DNA of 64,000 bases, taken from Candidatus Moraniibacteriota bacterium. Its GTDB lineage: Bacteria > Patescibacteriota > Minisyncoccia > Moranbacterales > UBA2206. The stretch is taken from the NCBI GenBank assembly GCA_049303795.1, contig JBAQNM010000005.1, positions 222,381 through 286,380 on the forward strand, given 5' to 3'. Shown here piece after piece: positions 28,890 through 38,915 of this stretch (position 1 is the first letter of the stretch; every line of letters starts with the position of its first letter). The notes under the pieces were generated by a model, which worked only from the letters and a program-made list of their open reading frames with translations, was not told the DNA's origin and made no database searches. The position numbers were made by a program, and so were the translations under genes.

Positions 28890-30041
28890 TTATGCATTTT
28901 TTCTCAACTCTTTCATTAAATCTACATAAAACTTCAAATTGTGAATAGCGGCAAGTCTCATTCCCAACATTTCTTTGGAAGAAAAAAGGTGATGCAAATA
29001 GGCGCGCGTATGATTTTTACAAAGCTCGCAATCGCAATTTTCTAAAATAGGTGAAAAATCATCTTTATATTTACCATTATTAATATTAATTGTTTCATAG
29101 AAAGTTTTACCCGCTTCAACATTAATAGCTTCGTTATCTTTTCGCAAAAATAATCTTCCGTGTCGCCCTTCTCTCGTTGGAATTACACAATCAAACATAT
29201 CCCAACCATAAGAAAAGCATTTTACAATATCTTCCGGCGTTCCCACTCCCAAGGCAAATCTGAGCGAATCTTCCGGAATATAGCTGGCGGTTTCCCTCAC
29301 CACTTCTTCCATAAATTTTCCCTCGGCATCAATATGCCTCGCGCCAAAACCATAACCATCCCAGCCTAAGGCTGGTCCGCCTTGGGCGGAAAAACCAATT
29401 TTTATTAATTCATCGGTGCAATGCTTTCTTAAATCTAGATATTGTCCTCCTTGGATAACACAAAAAATTAATGGTCGATCTTTTTCCTCAATTTTTCGCA
29501 ATTTTATTTGTCTTTTATACTCAATCATGCAACGATCAGCCCATCTAATTGTCCGCTCAACTGCTAAAGCGATTTTCTCTCGCGGATAATCATTCGGTGG
29601 TGGGTCATCCAAACATACCATCATATCCACGCCCAAATCAAATTGAATTTGAATCGCAATCTCGGGTGTTAGAATGTGTTTAGAGCCATCTGTCGGTGAA
29701 TGAAAAATAACCTCGTCATCCGTTATCTTTCCTAATTTTGGATTCTTATGAATCAATGAAAAAACTTGATAACCGCCAGAATCAGAAAGCAAAGGTTTTT
29801 CCCAATGCATAAATTTATGTGCGTCTCCTGCTTTTTTTATAATTTCCATTCCAGGATTGAGAAATAAATGATAGGTATTAATCAGTATTATCTCCAGCCC
29901 GATTTCATCCAGAATCCCATTATCAATCGAGCGAACAAATCCGCGCGTTGCCTCAGGCATAAAAAACGGAGTGCTAATCTCTCCGTTTTTAGTTATAATA
30001 CTACCTATTCTTTTTGATTTTTTAATTTCTACTTTAAACAT
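28890..30041 (-). CDS. tgt: queuine tRNA-ribosyltransferase (tRNA-guanine transglycosylase)
   Basis: LSDSGGYQVFSL, the catalytic Asp region, and the zinc site CxCxxC..H (CDCELCKNHTRAYLHHL). Confidence 0.9.
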   Translation of the reverse strand: MFKVEIKKSKRIGSIITKNGEISTPFFMPEATRGFVRSIDNGILDEIGLEIILINTYHLFLNPGMEIIKKAGDAHKFMHWEKPLLSDSGGYQVFSLIHKNPKLGKITDDEVIFHSPTDGSKHILTPEIAIQIQFDLGVDMMVCLDDPPPNDYPREKIALAVERTIRWADRCMIEYKRQIKLRKIEEKDRPLIFCVIQGGQYLDLRKHCTDELIKIGFSAQGGPALGWDGYGFGARHIDAEGKFMEEVVRETASYIPEDSLRFALGVGTPEDIVKCFSYGWDMFDCVIPTREGRHGRLFLRKDNEAINVEAGKTFYETININNGKYKDDFSPILENCDCELCKNHTRAYLHHLFSSKEMLGMRLAAIHNLKFYVDLMKELRKNA

Positions 30042-30046
30042 TACTT

Positions 30047-31951
30047 TTAATCTATAACTTCGTATCTGATATCTTTATTTTCTTCCTTTAAAAGATTTAT
30101 TCCAACAGCCCCCGCTTCAACAGAAATATTTTTATTTGTAAATAAATCCTTAGCAGAAAAAGTTCCCTTCCCTAGAAATGGCGCCTCTTGACCAGATTGA
30201 ACTACTGATGGTTTAATTTTTATTTGAAAGGCCACTTCTTTCGGAGGAGAAGTTATGCCAGCTCCCGCGCTCATATTTCCGATACTCCAAACTAGAGAAT
30301 TGGTTCTTTCATTATAGACAAGCGGAGAGCCTTCTGGAAAAATTTTTCCCGTAGCAACCACTGCCGTTGGCAAACTAGCCTCAAACTTAGCATCAGAAAC
30401 ATCATTAAATAGATTGACCGCTGTGAGATGGAGTGTAAATGTTGTCTCCTCGCCAACTTTTGGTGGAAGTGGCCCAGTATTGGGGATGTCTTTATCGTTA
30501 TAAAAACCTTTAACATTCAAGATTAATTTTGAATTCAATTTTAATTCTATTGTATTGCTCGCTATAATTTTATTTGAATTAACCGGTGTCGGTATGTCAG
30601 GACTATCAATTTTGGCTAAGCTAGAAATAATAAAGTTTTTATCATCAGTATTTTCAAGAGGGATAAAAGTTTTAATTTCAGCAGTAAAGCGAATTATACC
30701 ACTTTGCCCTGGATTAAGATTTTTCAGCTCCTTATAATCAACCGCTTTCCATGTAACCGTATTACTACTAGCGTCAAACGAACCACCTTCAAATTTCAAT
30801 TTAGTATAATCCAAGATTGCCCCATCCAGTTTTTCTGTCACAATAACATCTCTAAGGCCAATCGTTCCTTCATTTTTATATTTAATTTCGAATATTAATT
30901 TTCCCCCTTGTTCAACAATAAATTCTCGTGAACCATTAACTGTTTGTGAAAGCGTAAGCGGAGAAGCAGCGATTCTAGTTTCCGCATTTTCCACATTATA
31001 GCTTACAAAAGCGCCATTGTTATTTTCACCGATTGCTACATTTAAAACCCCAACGTAATCAAAGCCTCCCTCCAATCTTCCCGTAACAACTATTTTTCCA
31101 CTTTGTCCAGCCGCTAAGTTACCAAGATACCAAATATTATCACCCTCAGAAGTTTTTGGATTAGCCTCAGAAAGAGAAAATCCACTTGGATAATCAACCT
31201 TAATTCGAATATTGGAAAATTCAGTTGCCCCATCATTTTTATAATTAATTACGTAGTTTATCTCATCACCACTAGAAATATCTTGTGGCGCCAATATTCC
31301 CAACGTTATTGGTGATGATATAATATTTACTGGTACCTGATCTGTTGAAGCAAATTCAGTACTTACTGTTGATGGAGTATAAATCAAATCTGCCTGTATT
31401 TTTATTAAATTACCCTTAGGGCTATACGCTTTTCCTTTAAAAGTAAGCTTTCCTTCAGCATTCCCAGAAATAGTGCCCATTTCATAAACACTCAACGTTG
31501 TTCCTTCTATCTTAAAGTCAGGATTTTCCTCTGGTTTGAAATATTCCGGATAACTCAATTTAAATTTAACATTTTTTAAGCTAGCTCTATTTTCATTTTT
31601 ATACTTTATCTCATATGTAACCAGGTTTCCACTATTAACATCTACTGGCCCGCTCATAGAAACCACGACACGATCAGGAGAAAAAAATGATTGTCTAATT
31701 TTATAAAATCCAGCAATTGAACTGAGCACTAGAACAATTCCCATAATAACCAAAAATCCAGTTCCAAAAGCTGTTTTATTTTCCGAAATCAAGTGAGACT
31801 GCTTCTCCGCCCAGACATCCTTATTTTCAGCATTTTTTTTAGCTAGACTATTCTCAGCATAAATCGGATTAAATTCACTCTTCTCATGTTGCAAGATCTC
31901 ATCATCTGTTTCCTTTTTGTATAATTCGCTTTTTACTTTATTTAATGACAT
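30047..31951 (-). CDS. membrane-anchored surface protein with DUF11-type (conserved repeat domain) beta-sandwich repeats
   Basis: N-terminal TM helix followed by several about 110-aa repeats with a ..NPGQSG.I.F.. signature. Confidence 0.5.
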   Translation of the reverse strand: MSLNKVKSELYKKETDDEILQHEKSEFNPIYAENSLAKKNAENKDVWAEKQSHLISENKTAFGTGFLVIMGIVLVLSSIAGFYKIRQSFFSPDRVVVSMSGPVDVNSGNLVTYEIKYKNENRASLKNVKFKLSYPEYFKPEENPDFKIEGTTLSVYEMGTISGNAEGKLTFKGKAYSPKGNLIKIQADLIYTPSTVSTEFASTDQVPVNIISSPITLGILAPQDISSGDEINYVINYKNDGATEFSNIRIKVDYPSGFSLSEANPKTSEGDNIWYLGNLAAGQSGKIVVTGRLEGGFDYVGVLNVAIGENNNGAFVSYNVENAETRIAASPLTLSQTVNGSREFIVEQGGKLIFEIKYKNEGTIGLRDVIVTEKLDGAILDYTKLKFEGGSFDASSNTVTWKAVDYKELKNLNPGQSGIIRFTAEIKTFIPLENTDDKNFIISSLAKIDSPDIPTPVNSNKIIASNTIELKLNSKLILNVKGFYNDKDIPNTGPLPPKVGEETTFTLHLTAVNLFNDVSDAKFEASLPTAVVATGKIFPEGSPLVYNERTNSLVWSIGNMSAGAGITSPPKEVAFQIKIKPSVVQSGQEAPFLGKGTFSAKDLFTNKNISVEAGAVGINLLKEENKDIRYEVID

Positions 31952-32018
31952 ATTTTTTTGTTTAATACTTTAATTTTATTCTACCTCATTTATGACAAGT
32001 TATCAATCCTTTTTCATC

Positions 32019-32744
32019 CTAACCAGCTATCCAATTTATTAGTTCTCTCCAGATTAACTTCAGTTCATTGATGTCTTTTTCTGAAACCTCAAGCTTGGAA
32101 AAATCTCCGATTTTATTCTTCAAATAAATCCTAACTAATTTTATTCCTGAATCGCTATTTTTGATTTTTCTCGCTTCCGTTTTAGCACACTCCAAACAAA
32201 GCGTTCCACCACGTTCTGCACTGAAAAAATTATTGCCTCCCGATTCTATTTTCTGCCCGCAATCCACACAATATTTCGTCCTAATTTTATAACCCAACAT
32301 TCCCACCAATTTAAACAAAAAACCCAGAGTGACAACATCAAATTTATATTCTGGCTTAGCTTCTTCGCTTAATTTTTCCATTGTTTCTAGGTATTCCAGA
32401 AATAAGGCAAAAACTTTTTCATCTTTTTCTTGTCCTGTAATTAATTTATCAAAATAAGATAGCGCAAAAAAAACACGACTAGTTGCTGAAAAATCGGATT
32501 TTATAGAAGAAAAATTATTGGCCAAGATGACTCCTGTAATGGTACCCATCCCTCTTCGCTTAGAAACAAAAATTTCCACTTTTGTCAGTGGCTCAAGATT
32601 GCCAGCCAATTTGGCATTTGGTTTTCGCACACCACGACCAACAGCACAAACTTTCCCCTCTTCTAAGGTATAGAAATTATAAATCCGATCAATCTCGGAA
32701 ATATCATGCTTAGACAGAATGACACTGGTATATTTGAAGTCCAT
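32019..32744 (-). CDS. recO: DNA repair protein RecO
   Basis: N-terminal OB-fold and C-terminal zinc motif CVDCG..CLEC. Confidence 0.8.
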   Translation of the reverse strand: MDFKYTSVILSKHDISEIDRIYNFYTLEEGKVCAVGRGVRKPNAKLAGNLEPLTKVEIFVSKRRGMGTITGVILANNFSSIKSDFSATSRVFFALSYFDKLITGQEKDEKVFALFLEYLETMEKLSEEAKPEYKFDVVTLGFLFKLVGMLGYKIRTKYCVDCGQKIESGGNNFFSAERGGTLCLECAKTEARKIKNSDSGIKLVRIYLKNKIGDFSKLEVSEKDINELKLIWRELINWIAG

Positions 32745-32990
32745 ATCTATTATGATATAACAAAGTAGCCAAAAAATAAAATAAAAAAACGACTTGGACG
32801 ATAACGCCGAAGCCGTTTTATTAGTGCCCCCCTTTTATTAGGGGAAAAGACAAGGATTCTAGTCTTTGATGTTTTTATCTCTTGCGAGATTTTTTGTTTT
32901 TGTTTTATTTAGTTTTGTTTTTGTTTTATCCCCCACCGTTTTCAGATAAATCATCTTTTCCTGAAAATGGTGAGGGATAATCGCTATGCT

Positions 32991-33785
32991 CTATTTTTTT
33001 ATTGCCATGGAATGCTTAAACGAGGTTAACTTTATTAATCGAGAAACAGGAACTAACTGTATAATCATGAAAGGCAAAACCATTACCACTAAAACTACAA
33101 CCAATACAATATTCAGAAGATCATCATTTGCAATAAACTTATCCGCTGAAAAAGTATAATCTATTTTTACTAAACCATTGTTCGAATTAGAATTCTTTAC
33201 TGAAAGCACACTCGGTGCAAATTTAACATCCCTCTCCATCGTTGCGTTTTTATTTTGAGCAGAGAAATTCTCTGGATCACTTCCTATTTGAGCTGGAGTC
33301 ACTAATGTTCCGAATTCTTGTACAGTTATAATCCCCTCTTGCCCATTAATTTCTCCGGCAACAACCGCCACGCCAATTTCTTGATAATCAACATTTAAAA
33401 TATTCTTACGATGTGTCGGACTATTCATCCATGCTTCTTGCTGATCTTCTGCAGTAATAAAATTAATTGCTAAATTTTCTCCGGCATATCTGTAATCATA
33501 ACCAACCTTCTCAAACCAGTACCAAGGAGTAATTCCTTGTGGCGATGTATGAGCAAAATATTTATTCGTCACCATATCATTCGCCTTCAAAGTCGCTACT
33601 TCTTTTAATTTTGGACTAGCTTTTAGACTAGTAAGTCCTTCCTTTCTTCGCGCTTCATTTACATATCTAATCACGTTTTCTGAATTTATTTCGCTAGCCA
33701 ATGCGAAAGAAGCAAAAGACAAAATGAGTATCAGGCTTAAAAAAGTTGCTATCTCTATATCTATTTTTTGTTTTAATCTTTTCAT
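32991..33785 (-). CDS. CAP/SCP/PR-1 domain (YkwD-like) secreted protein with a C-terminal TM anchor
   Basis: ..NEARRKEGL..LKANDM..HTSP.G..GENLA..WMNSPTHRKNILN..YQEIGVAV. Confidence 0.7.
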   Translation of the reverse strand: MKRLKQKIDIEIATFLSLILILSFASFALASEINSENVIRYVNEARRKEGLTSLKASPKLKEVATLKANDMVTNKYFAHTSPQGITPWYWFEKVGYDYRYAGENLAINFITAEDQQEAWMNSPTHRKNILNVDYQEIGVAVVAGEINGQEGIITVQEFGTLVTPAQIGSDPENFSAQNKNATMERDVKFAPSVLSVKNSNSNNGLVKIDYTFSADKFIANDDLLNIVLVVVLVVMVLPFMIIQLVPVSRLIKLTSFKHSMAIKK

Positions 33786-33950
33786 TTTGGTTTATTCTCC
33801 CCCACTGTTTATGTTTTTAAACGAACAAAACGGGCTTTCACCCGTTTTTTCGCTTTCTTTTTTTCACTTATACAACCATTATAGCAGGTTTCTGACGTTT
33901 TGTCAAAAGCCTGATTAAAACAACCTAAGAACCAACCCTAAACTAACACA

Positions 33951-36863
33951 CTATCTCTTAATCGAAATGCCGACTTCTTCTCCCTCAATTTGAAAAACTT
34001 TTTCCAAATCAAATTGTGCAAGCTCCCCTGCTATGAGCTCAGTCGCTAAAGTTTCCTTGGAAATTAAATCACCGAATTTAGAAAATACTTCTTCCGCCCC
34101 AACATGACCAACCTGAATTCGATTGTCCACTTCGTAGTCCGCTTCTTTTCGCATTTCTTGAATGAAACGAACTATTTCTCTCGCCTGACCTTCGAGTTTT
34201 AGTTCTGGCGTGATATTAGTATCGATCATAACATTCTCAGTCTCATCGGAAAGACTCGCTCCCTTAACATTCAATTCATCATAAAGAATACTACTCCATT
34301 CTGTTTTATTAATCATCTCATCAAAAACCTGTGCATATTTCTCACGATTAAGAAACACTTCTTTAAGTGGCTGGCGAACCTTGAATTTATTCTTCGCTCT
34401 GTCCTGCAATCCCAAGGTTATAATTTCACGAAGATCCTGCATATTCTTATTTAACTTTTCATCAATCAATTTTTCATCCGCGACTGGGAAATCAGCAAGA
34501 TGCACAGATTCCTCTTCTGTTAAATTTTTGAAAATTTCCTCAGCAATAAACGGAGTGAACGAAGCCATCAATTTTGAAAGTGTAATAAGCACATAGTGCA
34601 GTGTGGCGTAGGCTTCATTTTTATCGCCATCATTTTCCGATTTCCAAAATCGCTTTCGACTCCTTCTGATATACCAGTTGGAAAGATTGTCGATAAAATC
34701 CATTATTGGTTTTGTGGCACTCGGCAAATCATAGGCCAACATATTGGTATCCATTTCCTTAATTAACTTATGTAATTTTGAAATAATCCATTTGTCCAAC
34801 AGTGCCCTTCTTGGTACTTCTTTTTTTTCATCAAAAGACCAACCATCAACATTGGCATACATCACAAAAAAACTGTAGCTTTGCCAGAGTGTTCCCAGTT
34901 TTCTTTGAATATCAGAAACGTCCTTATCAATTAACGCAAAATCCTCTCCATTAAGCAAGGGTGAGTTAAGCAACAAATACCTTAGCGCATCAGCGCTATA
35001 TTTTTCAAGAAGAATATTTGGGTCTGTATAGTTTCCCAGAGACTTCGACATCTTTTTACCATCGGCGCCAGCGATTGTTCCTGTCACAATCACATTTTTA
35101 AAAGCTTCTTTTCCAAAAATACCCACAGAAATTGCGTGCAAATAATAGAACCAGGCGCGCACTTGTCCAACATATTCCGAGATGAAATCTCCTGGAAAAT
35201 TTTCTTCAAACTTTTCTTTGTTTTCAAAGGGATAATGGAATTGGGCAAATGGCATTGAACCTGACTCAAACCAACAATCCATCACTTTTTCAATTCTCTT
35301 CATCTTCACGCCCTCCAATTCAAATTCAATTCTGTCCACATAAGGCAAATGATAGTCTGGGAGTTCTTGGCCGGAAAGCTCTTTAAGTTCCGCATAGCTA
35401 CCAATGACTTTTTCTATTACCGTTCCATCTTCTTTTACTCCCCTCCAAACCGGAATTGGTGTCGCCCAAAAACGATCCCGACTGAGATTCCAATCAGGCG
35501 CAGTCTCAATAGTATTCTTAAAACGCTTTTCCTTGAAGTGCTCCGGAAACCAATTGATATTTTTATTTTGCGCAAGCATTTCAGTTCTCTGTTCATCGAT
35601 ATTCATAAACCAACTTGGATGAGCGCGATACATGAGTTTTGTTCCGCAGCGATGGCAATGAGGGTATTCATGTTGAACATAATCAATCTTCATAACTGTC
35701 CCTTCAGAAAAAAGCGTCTTTGCAATTTCCTTATTCACTTCCCACACATTTTGTCCCGCCCATCTTCCACTAATATAATTTCCATTTTCATCTACGGTAT
35801 TTACTACCGGTAGATTTTCTTTTTTAGCGATAGCATAGTCATCCTCTCCAAAGGCTGGCGCGATATGCACAATTCCCGTTCCTTCTTCAGTTGTCACAAA
35901 ATCAGCTCCAATGACTCGATGGGCATTTTCTCCATGACTTTCAAAAAGTGAATCATATTTTAACCCTATCAAATCAACACCTTTTACATCATCATGAACT
36001 ATTTCTATTTCACTATCTTTAAAAACATCTTTAATTTTATCGCTAGCAACAATAAGCAACTCTTTTATTCCGTTAATTCTAATGGCCGTATAATTAATAT
36101 CTTTTCCTACAGCCAAAGCTACATTTGCCGAAAGCGTCCACGGCGTGGTAGTCCAAGCTATCACATAAACAGCATTTTTTGTTTTATATTTTCCTCCTGC
36201 CCATTCTTGGTTAGCTTTTAGATGAAATTTTACAAAAACCGATGGATCAGTGACAACTTTGTAGCTATTATCCATTGCCACTTCCGCTTTGGAAATCGGC
36301 GTGGCACAACGAGTACAATACATTAGGACTTTTTCGCCTTCATAAATCTTGCCTTTCTCGTGTAGAGTTTTGAAAGCCCACCAAACACTTTCCATGTATT
36401 CCTTATCCATGGTTTTGTAGGCATTCTTGAATTCCACCCAACGCCCAATTCTTTCAATTGTATTCTCCCATTCGTTTCCACCTTGAACCATCTCGCTTCT
36501 GCAAGTTTCAATATATTTTTCTAATCCAATTTTTGCAACATCCCTTTTGTCTTTAATGCCTAATTTTTTTTCTACCAAATTTTCAGCTGGCAACCCATGA
36601 CAATCCCAACCCCAACGTCTTTCAACGTGCTTTCCTTTCATTGTCCAATATCTCGGCACAACATCTTTCACAATCGAAGAAAGCAATGTTCCGTAATGTG
36701 GAACTCCGGTGATAAACGGAGGTCCGTCGTAAAAAACATAGGAATCTTTCTTGTCCCGCGAGGAAACGGATTTTTCAAAAGTCTCATCCTCTCTCCAGAA
36801 ATTAATAACCTCTTTTTCCATCTCAGAATATTTTTGCCTTGAGTCAACTTTTTTAAATGCCAT
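33951..36863 (-). CDS. ileS: isoleucine--tRNA ligase
   Basis: Class I motifs (P..HYGT.. HIGH-variant, KMSKSLGN) and the IleRS-specific WTTTPWTL editing-domain signature; 970 aa. Confidence 0.92.
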   Translation of the reverse strand: MAFKKVDSRQKYSEMEKEVINFWREDETFEKSVSSRDKKDSYVFYDGPPFITGVPHYGTLLSSIVKDVVPRYWTMKGKHVERRWGWDCHGLPAENLVEKKLGIKDKRDVAKIGLEKYIETCRSEMVQGGNEWENTIERIGRWVEFKNAYKTMDKEYMESVWWAFKTLHEKGKIYEGEKVLMYCTRCATPISKAEVAMDNSYKVVTDPSVFVKFHLKANQEWAGGKYKTKNAVYVIAWTTTPWTLSANVALAVGKDINYTAIRINGIKELLIVASDKIKDVFKDSEIEIVHDDVKGVDLIGLKYDSLFESHGENAHRVIGADFVTTEEGTGIVHIAPAFGEDDYAIAKKENLPVVNTVDENGNYISGRWAGQNVWEVNKEIAKTLFSEGTVMKIDYVQHEYPHCHRCGTKLMYRAHPSWFMNIDEQRTEMLAQNKNINWFPEHFKEKRFKNTIETAPDWNLSRDRFWATPIPVWRGVKEDGTVIEKVIGSYAELKELSGQELPDYHLPYVDRIEFELEGVKMKRIEKVMDCWFESGSMPFAQFHYPFENKEKFEENFPGDFISEYVGQVRAWFYYLHAISVGIFGKEAFKNVIVTGTIAGADGKKMSKSLGNYTDPNILLEKYSADALRYLLLNSPLLNGEDFALIDKDVSDIQRKLGTLWQSYSFFVMYANVDGWSFDEKKEVPRRALLDKWIISKLHKLIKEMDTNMLAYDLPSATKPIMDFIDNLSNWYIRRSRKRFWKSENDGDKNEAYATLHYVLITLSKLMASFTPFIAEEIFKNLTEEESVHLADFPVADEKLIDEKLNKNMQDLREIITLGLQDRAKNKFKVRQPLKEVFLNREKYAQVFDEMINKTEWSSILYDELNVKGASLSDETENVMIDTNITPELKLEGQAREIVRFIQEMRKEADYEVDNRIQVGHVGAEEVFSKFGDLISKETLATELIAGELAQFDLEKVFQIEGEEVGISIKR

Positions 36864-36883
36864 AATATTTTACGTTATATAAA

Positions 36884-37297
36884 TTAAATTGTTTCTAAAA
36901 AACTTTCCATAGTTTCGTATCTTTCTTTAAATATCAGATATAGACTTTCTGGTTTTTCAACTTTTCCAATTAGAATCAAAGGCTTCCCGAGTCCGTATGC
37001 AATACCAGCTTCAATGTGAACTGAATTGCCAGCTGGCAAAAGAACGATGACTTTCTCTGCATTTTTTAAACCATTTAAATCTTCTTCAAAAATTTCCCTA
37101 AAATATTCATCATTATAAAAATCAGCCACGGCCTCAAAGGATTCCATTTGCTTTTCTGGATGCGCCTCGGGATTATTTTTATCAGCAGGTTTTTCGCAAA
37201 AATTATAACAAGTTTTTCCTTTTTTTTGAAGTTTTTTTATCAAAATCTCGCACTGTTCCTTGTTTCTAAATTTTGAAATTATTGTATAGTCAGTCAT
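36884..37297 (-). CDS. nucleoside 2-deoxyribosyltransferase-like (PF05014-like) protein
   Basis: ..AEKVIVLLPAGNSVHIEAGIAYGLGKPLILIG.. matches the ..DsGTafEiGyAyAlgKPvi.. core. Confidence 0.5.
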   Translation of the reverse strand: MTDYTIISKFRNKEQCEILIKKLQKKGKTCYNFCEKPADKNNPEAHPEKQMESFEAVADFYNDEYFREIFEEDLNGLKNAEKVIVLLPAGNSVHIEAGIAYGLGKPLILIGKVEKPESLYLIFKERYETMESFLETI

Positions 37298-37313
37298 AGT
37301 TTTAAAAAAATAA

Positions 37314-38180
37314 TTATTTATAAAACAAAATTAAAATAACACCCATTAGCATTATAGCAGAACCAGCAATTTTTTCTTTTATATTTTTTTCTTTGAAAAA
37401 GATTACTCCCATTAAAACACTGAACAGCATGCTTGTTCTTTTTAGTGAAATAGTATAGGGAACGATTTGCATTAACATCGCCGTATTTATAGCGATGGCT
37501 GACATAGCAGCAAAAGAACCCATCAACAAGAATTTGTGCATATTATTTCTAAATTCAACTTGGATATTTTTCTTTTTGTAAATTGAAAAAATTATAAATA
37601 ATACTCCCAACGAAAGGTATATCATTGCTGACCCAAAAAAAGGATTAGAACTTCTAACCGTAAGTTTGTCCAGATTTGAAGATAGACTATAGATAAAGGC
37701 AACGGCTAACATGTAGAGTACGCCTCTATTTTTAAAACTTTTTATAATTGATTTTTCATATCTACCATCAGTATCTTTCTTTAAATTTAATATATAATAA
37801 CCAAAAACTACTAAAATTATCCCACAAACTCCCCCCCATGTTGGCAATTCCCTGAGCATTATAAAAGAAGTTAGAATTAAAAAAACTGGCGTAAAAGAAA
37901 TAATTGGATCAGCAATTGACAAATCGATTATTTCCAAAGCACTCAAATAAAGAACTGTAGCTATAAAATTAAGCGCGACAGTGCCAGCTAAAAAATAATA
38001 AAATCCGCTTTTTATTTCTGGAATACCTTGTATTAAAACTAACGCCAGCAAAAAAACAGTCGCACTTAAAAAAATACCACTGGCCAGTACATATTTGTCA
38101 ATCTTTTTTAAAAAAGATTTAGTCAGAGCTGATTGACTTGCTGTTAAAAATGCCGAAAAAATTGCCAAAGAAAACCACAT
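37314..38180 (-). CDS. EamA/DMT-superfamily permease (10 TM helices)
   Basis: Two-repeat, 10-TM hydrophobic protein of 288 aa. Confidence 0.55.
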   Translation of the reverse strand: MWFSLAIFSAFLTASQSALTKSFLKKIDKYVLASGIFLSATVFLLALVLIQGIPEIKSGFYYFLAGTVALNFIATVLYLSALEIIDLSIADPIISFTPVFLILTSFIMLRELPTWGGVCGIILVVFGYYILNLKKDTDGRYEKSIIKSFKNRGVLYMLAVAFIYSLSSNLDKLTVRSSNPFFGSAMIYLSLGVLFIIFSIYKKKNIQVEFRNNMHKFLLMGSFAAMSAIAINTAMLMQIVPYTISLKRTSMLFSVLMGVIFFKEKNIKEKIAGSAIMLMGVILILFYK

Positions 38181-38428
38181 AATTTCAGTTTATTTAAAAA
38201 ATAAAAAAAACGCCCAAAAACTTGTGTTAAGGACGATTTACATCGTGGTACCACCTTAATTCTCCGCCCAAGACGGACTTATTTCAGCTATTACGGGCTA
38301 TCCCGACAAGTTCTACTTTTCACCTTATTGGCAAATTTCTTCTTGTAGCTCCGGAGTGATAGCTCCATCAACGCTTTTCTCTATCTAATCATAATACAAT
38401 TTTTCAAAAATGCAATCAATTCCCAACT

Positions 38429-38911
38429 CTAGCGCCTTTCTAATATATTTTTATTGTTTGAATAAAATTCCCAACCAATCATTATATCTCTTTCTATTCC
38501 TGGTGCAAAATCTATCCCTGTTAAACTGTTTATCGATTGCCATTTCCATTCACTATGCTCCTTTTCATCAATCACGGGATTTTCACCGTTAACATATGAA
38601 TGCCAGAAACAAACAAATCTTAATCCGGGAATTTTTTTCTGCTCAAGATCAGGCGTTTCGATTTCATAGGTAGTGAAAAGAAGCACTCTATCGATTATTA
38701 CTCCCAACTCTTCTTCCATTTGTCTTTTTATTGCTTCTTCAAAATTTTCTCCTGATTGAACTTGCCCGCCTCCACATTCCCATTGACCAGGATATAATTT
38801 TCTGTTATTTTGTCTTTTTACAATCAAAACCTCAATGTCGTTTTCCGTTTCTCGAAAACAAATTCCAGTCACATTGACTTCAATTTTGTACTGCTTTTCC
38901 TCTCTGGACAT
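38429..38911 (-). CDS. Nudix hydrolase
   Basis: Nudix box GGGQVQSGENFEEAIKRQMEEELGV. Confidence 0.8.
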   Translation of the reverse strand: MSREEKQYKIEVNVTGICFRETENDIEVLIVKRQNNRKLYPGQWECGGGQVQSGENFEEAIKRQMEEELGVIIDRVLLFTTYEIETPDLEQKKIPGLRFVCFWHSYVNGENPVIDEKEHSEWKWQSINSLTGIDFAPGIERDIMIGWEFYSNNKNILERR

Positions 38912-38915
38912 TTTT

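Noticed and set aside
38181-38428. Assignment of the nudix-EamA intergenic region to RNase P RNA, SRP RNA, tmRNA, 6S, or a TPP/fluoride/purine riboswitch.
   Set aside because: The region is too short for RNase P or tmRNA. AAGGUGAAAAG and AAGUCCG resemble RNase P conserved-region fragments but occur in the wrong order. No SRP domain IV, tRNA-like end, or riboswitch core consensus could be matched by eye. It is kept only as an unassigned structured region.
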